Source: Candidatus Poribacteria bacterium
GTDB lineage: Bacteria; Poribacteria; WGA-4E; GCA-2687025
DNA: 64,000 bases
NCBI GenBank assembly: GCA_963665845.2
Contig: OY762492.1
Span: 1-64,000, forward strand
Direction of reading: 5' to 3'
Position numbers and translations under genes: made by a program. The notes under the pieces are model-generated. The model searched no databases and was not told the origin of the DNA. It was given only the letters and a program-made list of their open reading frames with translations. Below, piece after piece: positions 1-9,893 of this stretch (the stretch's first letter is position 1; the number at the start of each line of letters is the position of its first letter).

Positions 1-1711
1 CGAAAGCTGAACGGACGGCAATCAGCCCCGGTATCGCCAGCAAAACTCCCCAGAAGCCGAACATGATGCCGCCTGTCAAAATGCACAACATGATCGCCAA
101 CGGGTCGACGTTCATCGCTCGGCTGAAGACGCGGGGAGAGATGAGCGCGTTGTCGACCGACTGAACCAGAAAGACGGCGATCGGAATGAGCGCGGCGCGT
201 ATCAGGTAACCGCGCAGCCCTTCCGATTCGATAAAGAAAAGCAGGTCGGGGCGCATCCCGGCGACCCATCCGATGGTGAGCGCGAAAAAGGCGGAAACGC
301 CAGCCAGCGTCGGACCGATATTTGGGATCACATTTAACAAGCCGCCGAGAACGCCGACCAGCAGCGCAAACGGAATGCCCGCCAGAGCGTATGCAAGCGT
401 CGACAGCGCCGCGACCGCGATGATGATCAGAAACTGGCTGCGCACAAACGCTTTCATGTTCGCATCAATCAAACGGGCAATGCGGCGGACGCGCCCGCGC
501 TCCGTTTCAGGGAACAGGTTCAACCCCGCTTTCAGATACCGTTCGTAGCCGGTGAGCAGATACGCAAGAATGATGAGCGCAAAGACGCCCATGACGAGAA
601 CGCCGACCGCGTCGGTGATGAGGCGCGTTGAAAAGCCGAGGGCGTCCGCCAGCGCCTTCGGAAACTGCTTGGTGAGCGCGGCGGTCATGTCGCGCGCCCA
701 CTGCTCGGCGCTGGCAAGTATCGGCTCCACATACTCCGGCCCGACCTCCTCGATGACCGCCGCCTGTATTCGCCGAATCCATCCGCCGTCCTCGCGCCAT
801 TTCTGCAGATAGGAGGGCGCTTTGACCCTTGCCGCCTCAATGTTGAACTTCTCCAGCTGGTTCAGATACTCGTTCGTCACGGGGGCTTCGAAGGCGTATT
901 TTTTGCCGTCCTGAAACGCGACCGCCTCGCCCAGAAGCAGAGGCGCCGATTGGATCCATTTCTGAAGGTGAACGCGCGCCTCGGATATTCGGACGCCGCC
1001 CGACTGTTCAATGTCAGAAGGAGAGCGCGTCGTTACGCGCGTTTTGCCGGACGCTTCCAGGGCGTCCAGCATCGCCGTTGTAACGGGGGAGCCTGCCGGG
1101 TATGCCGTTCCGTTTGCGTCGGCTTCTTTGGCGAGAATCGGCTGCGACTGCGACCATTCGGCGATTGCTGTCCGCGCCTCCGCCAGCGCTGTACTCTCGA
1201 CGCGGTAGTCGAACGCATGGGTGTATGCGGTCCGTATGCCGTTGACCAGCTGCGCCGTTTGACCCGCTAGGCTCGGCGCCGCCACCAAGCCCGCCAGCGC
1301 CGTTCCGCCAATCAGCATGAGCGCGATGAGCGTGTTGGCGGCGTAAGCGGGCAGGCGCAATTCGCGTCCGCCCGGCAGCCGTATCGTTTGCAACTCTTGG
1401 GACGCCATGCGGAGCAGGTAGCAGAGAACGAACGCGGTTGCGAACGGTATCCAGACGATGGAGAGCCGCCCCGCCAGCCAGACAACAATCGCCGCCATGG
1501 CGATCCAGACGCCTCGGCTGCATGCCGCGTTTTTTCGGAACGGCATTAAAAAGAAGAGCAGCCCCGCGCCCGCAAGCGGATGCGTCAGGGCGGACGGCTC
1601 AGGGCGCAGGAAGACGCGCGCCAGCCACACAAAAGCGACCAGCAGCGCCAGCAATGCAGCCGCCTCGCGTTGTATGGAAGCGCCAGGTTTTGTTTCGTCA
1701 GGTTCAGACAC
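1..1711 (-). CDS. AI-2E family transporter with large soluble insertion (3' end runs off the window)
   Basis: Not in the ORF track because it is open at the edge. Both ends translated by hand and in the same frame: GGAGAA RBS + GTG at 1711 (MSEPDETKPG...), C-terminal 'VQSVDNALISPRVFSRAMNVDPLAIMLCILTGGIMFGFWGVLLAIP', typical of AI-2E/PerM. Confidence 0.8.
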   Translation of the reverse strand, partial: MSEPDETKPGASIQREAAALLALLVAFVWLARVFLRPEPSALTHPLAGAGLLFFLMPFRKNAACSRGVWIAMAAIVVWLAGRLSIVWIPFATAFVLCYLLRMASQELQTIRLPGGRELRLPAYAANTLIALMLIGGTALAGLVAAPSLAGQTAQLVNGIRTAYTHAFDYRVESTALAEARTAIAEWSQSQPILAKEADANGTAYPAGSPVTTAMLDALEASGKTRVTTRSPSDIEQSGGVRISEARVHLQKWIQSAPLLLGEAVAFQDGKKYAFEAPVTNEYLNQLEKFNIEAARVKAPSYLQKWREDGGWIRRIQAAVIEEVGPEYVEPILASAEQWARDMTAALTKQFPKALADALGFSTRLITDAVGVLVMGVFALIILAYLLTGYERYLKAGLNLFPETERGRVRRIARLIDANMKAFVRSQFLIIIAVAALSTLAYALAGIPFALLVGVLGGLLNVIPNIGPTLAGVSAFFALTIGWVAGMRPDLLFFIESEGLRGYLIRAALIPIAVFLVQSVDNALISPRVFSRAMNVDPLAIMLCILTGGIMFGFWGVLLAIPGLIAVRSAF

Positions 1712-1837
1712 AGCTTCTCCGTTCAGCGTTGCGTATGTGATTATAACGTATGACGGAATGAATATGGTTGCAGGCGCAAGCAGTTTGGGCGATTCTTCAC
1801 AATCGCATTCATGGGGAAAGGCTCCGCCCACCAGGTC

Positions 1838-1910
1838 GTCATTCTCGCGCAAGCGGGAATCTAGAGGCGCCGCCGAAACCTTCCGTATCCGCCCGCATGC
1901 CCCAACTAAG
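1838..1910 (-). repeat. Modular palindromic intergenic repeat (GTCATTC..GGGAATC hairpin plus ~50-bp arm)
   Basis: Reverse-complement match to copies at 12081-12165, 45484-45572 and 49388-49489. Confidence 0.8.
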
Positions 1911-1918
1911 CTTTTCCG

Positions 1919-1947
1919 TTGACAGTAAAACGAAACTATGTTATGCT
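1919..1947 (+). promoter_or_regulatory. sigma70-type promoter for the 2073-5871 operon
   Basis: TTGACA-17 nt-TATGCT with TG extended -10. Confidence 0.6.
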
Positions 1948-2072
1948 AAAAATGAGGCGGGTTTGCGTGTGTCGATAGAAAACGGTTGGCGCGAAATCGA
2001 ATCCCCGCTAAAATAACGTTTGCATCGGTACTCGTTCGTTTTTCTAACGTCAACGGAAATGCGGGAGCGGCA

Positions 2073-2822
2073 ATGAGCAGTTTTTTATTTTTCAGACATC
2101 GCGATGCTGTTGGGAAAGTTAGGCGCGCTTTTTTCTGGTTCACAGCAAGAATCGCCGCTGTTCTGTTTGCGGCGGCGCTGTTTGTCATCCAGTCCAATGC
2201 CGCTGAATTGTCCATCAAGCGAGGACAGACGCTGGAAATCAGACTGCAGTTGGTCAACATCGGCGACACTCGCCTTGAGAGGGTGAGAGTCGATCTAGAT
2301 CCAGTTTCGATTGCGCGCGGCGTAAAGATGGTTTCCAGACCGAACAGCGTTGAGATTGCGGCTAAGACTGGCAGCCGTCCCCGCCCATTCGCTGAGATAC
2401 CCGTCACGCTAACGACAAATCGGTATGCGCGGTTGAATAAGCCGTTCCTTCTGCGTTTTATCGTCAGCAGTGGAACCAATCAATGGCATGTCAACACGCC
2501 GGCGGTCATTGTTCCGCGGGCGATCCCGAACGTTCCCATGCTGAGCGCGAACTATCCGAATCCTTTCAATCCGGAGACGTGGATTCCTTTTCAATTGACG
2601 GAGGGCGCCGATGCGCTTATCGACATCTACGACATGCGCGGCCGATTGGTTCGACGTCTTGATTTGGGATACCGAGAAGCGGGTTTTTACCGCACGGCCA
2701 GCGAAGCCGCGTATTGGGACGGCCTGAATGGTTTCGGCGAACCTGTCTCAAGCGGGACATATTTCTATCGCTTCAGGGCGGGAAGTTTTTCTTCGATGGG
2801 GCGCATGACAATCATCAAATGA
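2073..2822 (+). CDS. Secreted protein with C-terminal FlgD-Ig / T9SS-CTD-like domain
   Basis: GGGAG RBS + ATG 2073; hydrophobic signal ending SNA-AE; C-terminal 'NYPNPFNPETWIPFQL...IYDMRGRLVRRLDLG...WDGLNGFGEPVSSGTYFY'. Confidence 0.8.
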   Translation: MSSFLFFRHRDAVGKVRRAFFWFTARIAAVLFAAALFVIQSNAAELSIKRGQTLEIRLQLVNIGDTRLERVRVDLDPVSIARGVKMVSRPNSVEIAAKTGSRPRPFAEIPVTLTTNRYARLNKPFLLRFIVSSGTNQWHVNTPAVIVPRAIPNVPMLSANYPNPFNPETWIPFQLTEGADALIDIYDMRGRLVRRLDLGYREAGFYRTASEAAYWDGLNGFGEPVSSGTYFYRFRAGSFSSMGRMTIIK

Positions 2823-2835
2823 GAGGAGATTTCTT

Positions 2836-3795
2836 GTGAAAATCGAACATGTAAAAACGGGGATTGTGTTATCCGTTGCGGCGGTTGGCGCGGCGACTCT
2901 GATGTTTTGGGTTGTCCACAAGATTGAAGCGCAGCAGGAGCCTGTTGTCATAAAAGCGGAGATCGGGGTCCATGCAGAATCGAAGGTTTCTGCGATTTTT
3001 TCCGAGGCTCGTCAGTTGGAAACGGAAGGCCGTCAGTTGGCGGCTCTTATTGAATACCAACGAATATTGGACGAGTACCCAGGGAGCTCTCGAACAATGG
3101 AGGCGCTTTTGGCGGTTGGCGATATCGAGTTTCATCACAACGACGCGGCGGCACAGGCTTTGAAGGCTTATGAGAAGGCGCTCGCAGATCATCCGAGGAA
3201 CCCGCAGGTCGCTGCGGCGAAGCTGGGGAAAGCAAGCTGTTTGACCGATCTTCAAATGCCAGGCGCTTATGAGTTGTTCGCCGATGTGGCGGAGAATCAT
3301 GCGGGTTCGGACGCGGCGGACTGCGCATCGGTCTGGCGTACATTCATGGAGGTCGCGCAGGAAAAATATACCTATGAGGAAGCGATAAAACGTTATCGGG
3401 CCATCGCCCGCCAATCGACTTCTGAACGCGCTAAAGCGGACGCTCAATACGCCATCGTCGGTTCGTATTTCTGGATGGGCAAGAAAAAAGCGGCGATCAA
3501 AGAGATTGAGGAACTGCTGGCGAGCGGGTTGTATAAGTCGCGCCGCAGCCTAGCGATTGTCCATGATATGGCGGCGATTCTCTACAACGGGGCAGAAGAT
3601 TACGAAAACGCGGCGCGCCATGCGGACATCATTGTCCGCCGCTACCCGAAATCGCAGGCGGCTGAAAGCGCCAAAGCGATCCGATCGTACGCCCAAAAGA
3701 TGATCGCCGAGGCTGAGGATTCTAAAACTTCCCAACTGCATGACAGAAAAAAGACCGTTGAGGTCATGGATTTAGATCGGGGGGTAGATCGATGA
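2836..3795 (+). CDS. Membrane-anchored tetratricopeptide-repeat protein (BamD/CpoB-like TPRs)
   Basis: GAGGAG RBS + GTG; N-terminal TM helix; repeated 'YQRILDEYPGS', 'YEKALADHPRN', 'IIVRRYPKS' TPR turns. Confidence 0.8.
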   Translation: MKIEHVKTGIVLSVAAVGAATLMFWVVHKIEAQQEPVVIKAEIGVHAESKVSAIFSEARQLETEGRQLAALIEYQRILDEYPGSSRTMEALLAVGDIEFHHNDAAAQALKAYEKALADHPRNPQVAAAKLGKASCLTDLQMPGAYELFADVAENHAGSDAADCASVWRTFMEVAQEKYTYEEAIKRYRAIARQSTSERAKADAQYAIVGSYFWMGKKKAAIKEIEELLASGLYKSRRSLAIVHDMAAILYNGAEDYENAARHADIIVRRYPKSQAAESAKAIRSYAQKMIAEAEDSKTSQLHDRKKTVEVMDLDRGVDR

Positions 3796-4841
3796 AACGG
3801 CTTTGTTTGTTGGCGGCAGCTGCTTTGATCTTGTCTGCGGCTTTTCCGACGCAGTCGCGCGCTCAATTTCGGCTTGTGTCAAGCGTATCGATCGTGCCGA
3901 GCAGTCAGTCTCTTCCCGTTTTTCCCGGAATCAGCGCAGCAAAAGCGCCGACGACTCCGGGTACTCCAAAGAAGGATTCTTACGTCATGCTGCCATCCCT
4001 TCTTCCAAACGGCACAGGCCAGAGACAAGAAAAGTCGTTGTTTGCTTTGGTGGTAACAAACGGCTTATCCCCAAGTCAGTATCCTAATGTCTCTCTCGAC
4101 TGTGAAGCGATTGATGGTACGGGAGGACATGTGCAGGCGCATCACACCGAGCGATCGGGAGGACCAAGCATCGATCTTGACGGAGAATTGAACACGTCAG
4201 GCGGACTCATGCGGCAGAGCGAATGGCTCCACGGTATGACAGTGAGGTGGAAACTCGAATTCAAATTCACGTCGCCGGAGCCTTCAGGTACGCATAAGAT
4301 CACAGCGACTGTGAATGGTTTGACCGGTTTCGCACACATCGTTGTTGAAGTGGGAGGACTGGAACCGCTGTCAACCTCGTCATCAAACATTCACTGGGTC
4401 GGCGGAACATGGGCGCATCCTAACGGGAACTCGCATTATGGGACGCCGACTGTCAACGATGCGCTGCAGACTATCGCAAACGATTGGCAGGCATGGTTTA
4501 ACGGGAACGATGCGGATGGAAATCCCAACGCGCATCCCGACGACAAATTCAAAGGAAATGACGAGCTGTGGGTGAACGATATGAGCCTGCCCGATGGCGG
4601 GCTTTTTGACATTGACGGCGACTGGGAAAAGCCGCACTCCTCTCACAGAGAGGGCAAGGACGTCGACATTTGGACATGGAGAAACACCCATCCAGGAATT
4701 CCGTCGGGCGGAACGGCCGGATATAAAGGATCTGGAAAAGACTATCTCAACGACTTCAATAAAATCGTAAATAAGTATGGAGGTTCGGCAGAGTACCATC
4801 CGACACCTCCCCGTTCCAATCACATTCACATTGACTTCTGA
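3792..4841 (+). CDS. Secreted LAS-family zinc peptidase, MepA (M74, penicillin-insensitive murein endopeptidase)-like C-terminal domain
   Basis: Signal peptide; 'HYGTP', 'NDMSLPDGG', 'HSSHREGKDVD' (H-x6-D) and terminal 'HIH' (HxH). Confidence 0.75.
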   Translation: MKRLCLLAAAALILSAAFPTQSRAQFRLVSSVSIVPSSQSLPVFPGISAAKAPTTPGTPKKDSYVMLPSLLPNGTGQRQEKSLFALVVTNGLSPSQYPNVSLDCEAIDGTGGHVQAHHTERSGGPSIDLDGELNTSGGLMRQSEWLHGMTVRWKLEFKFTSPEPSGTHKITATVNGLTGFAHIVVEVGGLEPLSTSSSNIHWVGGTWAHPNGNSHYGTPTVNDALQTIANDWQAWFNGNDADGNPNAHPDDKFKGNDELWVNDMSLPDGGLFDIDGDWEKPHSSHREGKDVDIWTWRNTHPGIPSGGTAGYKGSGKDYLNDFNKIVNKYGGSAEYHPTPPRSNHIHIDF

Positions 4842-4869
4842 TGGCGCATTTCCAACAGAGGAGAATCGC

Positions 4870-5871
4870 ATGAAACGGCAATGGAAACGAATCGCGGCAA
4901 TCTGTTTCTGTCTTTGCTTTGCGTCGGGGGCGTTCGCAAAGCGGGTCTCGTTCAAGAGCGCGCTTGACCTCAAAAAACTGCGCGAACGCAATCTTGACGC
5001 AGAGCTGATCAAGGAAACGGGCGATCTGAAACTTTACTACCGCGATGAAAACGACCATGTGAAATTTCTGATCTACCACCCCTCCAACAAGGTGAACATC
5101 GTTGTTTCGACGACGGTTGAAAAACTGGGGGCTAACGACGCGGGAAGCGGATCGCAGACCCCGATTCAGCAGGGGTACAGGTACCAATACAAGATTGCGA
5201 ACGCCAAGACAAGCGCGCAGCCCGTGTATGGATTTACGATTGAGATGGCAATTCCAAAAACAGCGCCGGCAAATCTCAAGACGCCACTGGGGTGGTACTT
5301 TAGTCGCAGTCAGAATCCGAGAGCTTACAACTGGGTTCAATGGTGGGCAAAAATCCGCATATGGGATGAGAAGCGGAGCGATTCTCGTTTGAAAGCGACC
5401 GACATCGCTCCCGGAAAGCGTCTGGAAGGGTTCAGATTGGACGCTCCTGGACTGCCGGGCATTCTCTCTGCCTTTGCTGAAGGAACCGCCAAAACGAACT
5501 ATCTCAACGATGCGGTTGAACCGCCGCGTCATCGTGAAAATTGCGTCAAGGGGAGCGTTGTCGGTCCGGTTCCGGAGCCTGCTGTGTTTGACGCGGCGCT
5601 CTTTGCGCAGTATATCGGCGGCTTGTATGATCAGGGCGTCAAGCTGGGCTGGGTGGACGGCGACAAGAAAACCGCTCCCGTGCGCGATCGGTTCCGCAAG
5701 CGGCTGTTTTCGGCGATTGAAGCGGCGGAGAGCGGCAAAACTGCAGTCGCCAAGCGCGGCTTTCAAAATGTCTTGGCGGAGACGCAGAGTCTGGTCAAGC
5801 GGAAACTTGTCGAGCCAGAGATGGACGCGCTGCTGACGGTCAACATCGAATATCTTTTGGAGAGAATGTAG
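4870..5871 (+). CDS. Secreted hypothetical protein (beta-rich core, helical C-terminus)
   Basis: GAGGAG RBS + ATG 4870; signal peptide MKRQWKRIAAICFCLCFASGAFA; co-oriented with the peptidase gene. Confidence 0.75.
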   Translation: MKRQWKRIAAICFCLCFASGAFAKRVSFKSALDLKKLRERNLDAELIKETGDLKLYYRDENDHVKFLIYHPSNKVNIVVSTTVEKLGANDAGSGSQTPIQQGYRYQYKIANAKTSAQPVYGFTIEMAIPKTAPANLKTPLGWYFSRSQNPRAYNWVQWWAKIRIWDEKRSDSRLKATDIAPGKRLEGFRLDAPGLPGILSAFAEGTAKTNYLNDAVEPPRHRENCVKGSVVGPVPEPAVFDAALFAQYIGGLYDQGVKLGWVDGDKKTAPVRDRFRKRLFSAIEAAESGKTAVAKRGFQNVLAETQSLVKRKLVEPEMDALLTVNIEYLLERM

Positions 5872-5926
5872 CTCCGCCTCGCTCCGTATGAGCGGCAGCA
5901 GCGAATGTCCGTCCACCCGTTCAGGC

Positions 5927-6022
5927 GGCGCCGCAAAACCGTCCGTGTTCGCCCGTCGGCATGTCCCAACTTAAGACGTAAGGTCGGTCATTCCCGCCCT
6001 TGCGATAGAACGCGCGGGAATC
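5927..6022 (-). repeat. Modular palindromic repeat (arm plus long-loop ATTCCC..GGGAAT hairpin)
   Basis: ATGTCCCAACTTAAGACGTAAGGTC is the exact reverse complement of 12081-12105. Confidence 0.85.
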
Positions 6023-6030
6023 TTAGGCGT

Positions 6031-6059
6031 TTGCAAACGCCGCTCATCGAATGTATGAT
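6031..6059 (+). promoter_or_regulatory. sigma70-type promoter for the M16 pair
   Basis: TTGCAA-17 nt-TATGAT. Confidence 0.55.
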
Positions 6060-6085
6060 GCGTTCGTATAGAAATGGAGGCGTCT

Positions 6086-7615
6086 ATGAAACGCAAACGG
6101 CATGTACGCTTCGCCGCCTTGATGCTCACCGCATGCGCCGCCTTATGCTTGACCGCCTCGGCGCAGAACCTAGAGGAGCGGGTCGTCGAACACACGCTCG
6201 ACAACGGAATGAAACTGCTGTTGATGCCCCGAACGCAGTCGCCGACCGTCGCGCTGCATATCTGGGTCAAAGCAGGCTCCGTTGACGAACCGATTGACCG
6301 AACCGGCATCGCGCACATGCTTGAACATATGCTCTTTAAAGGTACCCGCCAGCTCGGCGCGCTCAACTACGACGCGGAGAAGCCGCTGCTGGACAAGCTG
6401 GACGAACTCCATGTTCAGTACGACCCGCTCAACACGGCGGACGATCTCTCCGATGAGCAGGAAGCCCAGCGCGACCGCCTCAAGGCAGAAATCGAACGGG
6501 TTCAACAGCAGGCGCGGGAGCTGGCAGTCCCAAGCCAAGTTTCCGAACTGTACGCCTACGAAGGCGCCGTCGGGCTGAACGCCGGCACCGGAACCGATTT
6601 CACCGCCTACATCGTCTCCCTTCCCGCCAACAAGATCGAGCTGTGGATGCGCATCGAAGCGGAGCGGATGCGCGACCCCGTCCTGCGCGAGTTTTACACG
6701 GAGCGGGATGTGGTCATGGAGGAGCGGAAGCAGCGGTATGGATCGGACCCGTTTGGAATGTTGAGCGACGCGCTGCTGACCGCCGCGTTCAAGGCGCACC
6801 CCTACGGAACGCCGATCATCGGCTGGGAATCGGACATTGAGCGTCTCAAACGGCCGGAGGCGGAACGTTTCTTTAAGACGTATTATGCGCCAAACAACGC
6901 CGTTGTGGCGATCGTCGGCGACATCGACGTTGAGCGGGTCGTTGAGCGGATGACGCATTATTTCGGCGGTATACCCGCCCAGGAGATACCGCCGCGCATC
7001 GGCACAAAAGAGCCGAAACAGAGCGGCGAGCGGCGCGTCTATGTGAAATTTGACGCGGAGCCGCGCCTGCAGGTTGCCTTTCATAAACCGACCGTCCCGT
7101 CCTACGACGATTTTGTGTTTAACGTCATCAACAGCCTGCTCACATCGGGGCGCACCGCGCGTCTGTATAAGGCGCTGGTTGAAGAGCGGCAGGTTGCCGC
7201 AAGCGTCCGTTCAGTGAACGGATACCCAGGCTCCCGTTTTCCGAACCTGTTCATGATCGACATCGTCCCGCGCAGCCCGCACACGCCGGAGCAGGTTGAA
7301 CAGGCTTTATACGCCGAACTGGAACGGCTTAAAAACGAGCCGGTCAGCGATCGGGAACTGCAAAAGGTGCGCAACCAGTTTCAAGCCGACTTCATCCGCG
7401 GGCTGAATTCAAACGCGGGCATGGCGAGTCAGCTGGGCTACTATGAGCTGATTGCCGGGTCATGGCGCTATACGCAGACGCTGTTAGACAAGGCGAACCG
7501 CATCAATGCGGAGGATATTCAACGGGCGGCGCGGGAGTATTTGACATGGGAAAATCGGACGGTCGCCGTTCTGGTTCGAGAGGCGCCGGCAGTACAGGAG
7601 GAGGCGGACGAATGA
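6086..7615 (+). CDS. M16B (pitrilysin/insulinase family) zinc peptidase, catalytic subunit
   Basis: Signal peptide; 'TGIAHMLEHMLFKG' HXXEH motif; 'ERDVVMEE'; GGAGG RBS. Confidence 0.92.
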   Translation: MKRKRHVRFAALMLTACAALCLTASAQNLEERVVEHTLDNGMKLLLMPRTQSPTVALHIWVKAGSVDEPIDRTGIAHMLEHMLFKGTRQLGALNYDAEKPLLDKLDELHVQYDPLNTADDLSDEQEAQRDRLKAEIERVQQQARELAVPSQVSELYAYEGAVGLNAGTGTDFTAYIVSLPANKIELWMRIEAERMRDPVLREFYTERDVVMEERKQRYGSDPFGMLSDALLTAAFKAHPYGTPIIGWESDIERLKRPEAERFFKTYYAPNNAVVAIVGDIDVERVVERMTHYFGGIPAQEIPPRIGTKEPKQSGERRVYVKFDAEPRLQVAFHKPTVPSYDDFVFNVINSLLTSGRTARLYKALVEERQVAASVRSVNGYPGSRFPNLFMIDIVPRSPHTPEQVEQALYAELERLKNEPVSDRELQKVRNQFQADFIRGLNSNAGMASQLGYYELIAGSWRYTQTLLDKANRINAEDIQRAAREYLTWENRTVAVLVREAPAVQEEADE

Positions 7616-9033
7616 AGCGGCGGCAACGGCAGACGCTGGCGGCGGCGATTCTAACGGCGGTTTTCTTGACGGCGGCGCAGGCGCAGCTGCCGATTTTGGA
7701 GGGGCTTGAGTATCCGCCGCTGAACGCCAATCCGCCGAAAGCGGAGAAGGTTGTTTTGGACAACGGAATGCGCCTCTTTCTGCTGGAAGACCATGAGCTC
7801 CCGATCTTGAACATCACCGCCTACATCAAAACGGGCGAGATATACGACCCGCCCGGTAAAACGGGACTCGCCGGCATGACCGCTGCTGTCATGCGCGATG
7901 GCGGGACAGCGTCCCGTACGCCCGACGAAATTAATGAAGCGCTGGAGTTCATCGCCGGCTCCATTGAGGTCGGCATGTCGGACGAATACGGAACGGCAAG
8001 CCTGAATGTTCTTGTCAAAGACGCGGATATGGGCGTTCAGCTGTTTGCGGACATCCTGATGAACCCCGCCTTTCAAGAGGAGAAGGCGGAGCTTCAGCGC
8101 GGACAGCTGATCGAAGCGATACGGCGGCGGAACGACAGCCCGCTCCAGACCGCGTTTCGAGAGATGCAGGTTCGCCTCTACGGCGATCATCCGTACGCGC
8201 GGTATGCGTCGATGGATTCGGCGATGGCGATTTCCCGCGAGGATATGACCGCGTTCCATCGGGACCATTTCCGCCCTGAAGGAATCTGGATGGCGGTGTC
8301 AGGCGACTTTCAAACGGACGAGATTGTTCAAAAAATCGAGAAGGCGTTTGAAGGATGGGACCCGCCGGCGGTTGAACATCCTGAAACGCCCGCCCCGCAG
8401 TTCAAACCGGGCGGCATCTACCACATCGAAAAAGAGATTGAGCAAACCTTCATCGTCTTTGGACATGCCGGCATTCAACGGACGAACCCCGATTGGCACT
8501 CGATACTTGTCATGAACGACATTCTCGGCGGTTCGGGCTTTACCTCAAGGCTGATGCGGAAGATCCGCGTGGAGCGCGGCTTGACCTACGGCGTATCGAC
8601 CAACTTTTTCCGTAAGAACCTGGACGGCTTCTTTTTCGGATATTCGAGTACGCAGCATCAAAATGCGGTGGAGCTGATTCAGCTGGCGAAGGAGACGATG
8701 GCGGAGATGCGCGCCAACCCAGTGAGCGATATGGAGCTGGCTTTGGTGAAAAATCAGAACATCAACTCGTTCGTTTTTCTGTACACATCCAGCGCGCAGA
8801 TCGCCGCGCAGAGCCTCGTCTATCAGTTTCTCGGCTATCCGGAGGGGTACCTTGAGAGCTGGACCGACAATGTCGCCGCCGTGACAAAAGAGTCGGTACT
8901 TGCCGCCGCGCAGAAGTATTTGAACCCTGACGACCTGATTATCGTCACCGTTGGGCAGCGGGAGAAGTTCGGCCGTCCGCTTGAGGAACTGGGGGAGGTG
9001 AACGAGATTCGGCTTGAATCTCCAAAGAAATAA
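7612..9033 (+). CDS. M16B peptidase, non-catalytic partner subunit
   Basis: ATGA overlap with upstream gene; no HXXEH; 'GGSGFTSRLMRKIRVERGLTY' R/Y motif. Confidence 0.9.
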   Translation: MKRRQRQTLAAAILTAVFLTAAQAQLPILEGLEYPPLNANPPKAEKVVLDNGMRLFLLEDHELPILNITAYIKTGEIYDPPGKTGLAGMTAAVMRDGGTASRTPDEINEALEFIAGSIEVGMSDEYGTASLNVLVKDADMGVQLFADILMNPAFQEEKAELQRGQLIEAIRRRNDSPLQTAFREMQVRLYGDHPYARYASMDSAMAISREDMTAFHRDHFRPEGIWMAVSGDFQTDEIVQKIEKAFEGWDPPAVEHPETPAPQFKPGGIYHIEKEIEQTFIVFGHAGIQRTNPDWHSILVMNDILGGSGFTSRLMRKIRVERGLTYGVSTNFFRKNLDGFFFGYSSTQHQNAVELIQLAKETMAEMRANPVSDMELALVKNQNINSFVFLYTSSAQIAAQSLVYQFLGYPEGYLESWTDNVAAVTKESVLAAAQKYLNPDDLIIVTVGQREKFGRPLEELGEVNEIRLESPKK

Positions 9034-9073
9034 CTTTTTTCGCTTCGTTATGCGCATTTTTCCCACTTTGCAT

Positions 9074-9102
9074 TTGACATCGTTTATGTCCGATGTTAGA
9101 AT
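9074..9102 (+). promoter_or_regulatory. sigma70-type promoter for the DUF2089 operon
   Basis: TTGACA-17 nt-TAGAAT with TG extended -10. Confidence 0.7.
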
Positions 9103-9144
9103 ATGGCATAGACAGGTTCGATCATCGAATGGATGGAGCGAATG

Positions 9145-9567
9145 ATGCGCATGAAAACACGGCCCGAAACCTCCTCATGTTTTTCCTGCAGCGGCGAGCT
9201 GATCATACGGCAATACGAATGCCCCGACTGCGGCGTCTCGATTACCGGCTCCTTTGAGCGGAACCGCTTCACGAAGCTCTCCTCGGACGCGCAAAGTTTT
9301 CTGCTGCTGTTTATCAAGAACCGCGGAAATCTGCGCGAAGTGGAGCGCGAACTGGACATCTCCTACCCGACGGTGCGGAATCGGTTGAACCGCATCATTC
9401 GGGATCTGGGGCTGGCCGTCGATCAAAAATGGTCGTCCAGCGAGATCGCGTCGGAGCGCTCCGCCATCGTGCAGGAGCTGAACGACGGAAAACTGACGCC
9501 CAGCGAAGCCGAAGAGCTTCTGAACGCGCTCAACAAGGTTGAATCTGACGAAGGAGAAGAAGCATGA
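9145..9567 (+). CDS. DUF2089 family zinc-ribbon/HTH protein with C-terminal SHOCT-like helix (start 9133-9151 uncertain)
   Basis: CFSC..CPDC zinc ribbon; 'RGNLREVERELDISYPTVRNRL' HTH. Confidence 0.88.
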   Translation: MRMKTRPETSSCFSCSGELIIRQYECPDCGVSITGSFERNRFTKLSSDAQSFLLLFIKNRGNLREVERELDISYPTVRNRLNRIIRDLGLAVDQKWSSSEIASERSAIVQELNDGKLTPSEAEELLNALNKVESDEGEEA

Positions 9568-9893
9568 CCCAAGAACGAATCCTGATCTTGAAAATGGTGA
9601 GCGAAGGCAAGCTGACCGCCGAAGAAGGCGAACGGCTCATTGCGGCGCTGGAAGGCGGCGGAGCCAACGGACAAGCCGGCGGAATCAACGCCATTCAAAA
9701 CCTGTTGAGCCAAGCGTCCAGAGACGTGCAGAAAGGTCTCAAAAAAGCGGGCGAAATCCTGCGCAACCGGCAGCGCGATCTGCGCAAGCATATCGAAAAC
9801 CTGACCCGCAAAAAAGGCGACACGGAATCGAACGTCCATCGAACCATCACCATCGAGGTGGAAGAGGAAGGGGCGGATCATGAGTCCAAATGA
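9564..9893 (+). CDS. SHOCT-like domain protein
   Basis: 'ERILILKMVSEGKLTAEEGERLIAAL'; ATGA overlap. Confidence 0.8.
   Translation: MTQERILILKMVSEGKLTAEEGERLIAALEGGGANGQAGGINAIQNLLSQASRDVQKGLKKAGEILRNRQRDLRKHIENLTRKKGDTESNVHRTITIEVEEEGADHESK

Noticed and set aside
4756-5916. 386-aa minus-strand ORF
   Set aside because: Antisense to a gene with RBS and signal peptide inside a plus-strand operon
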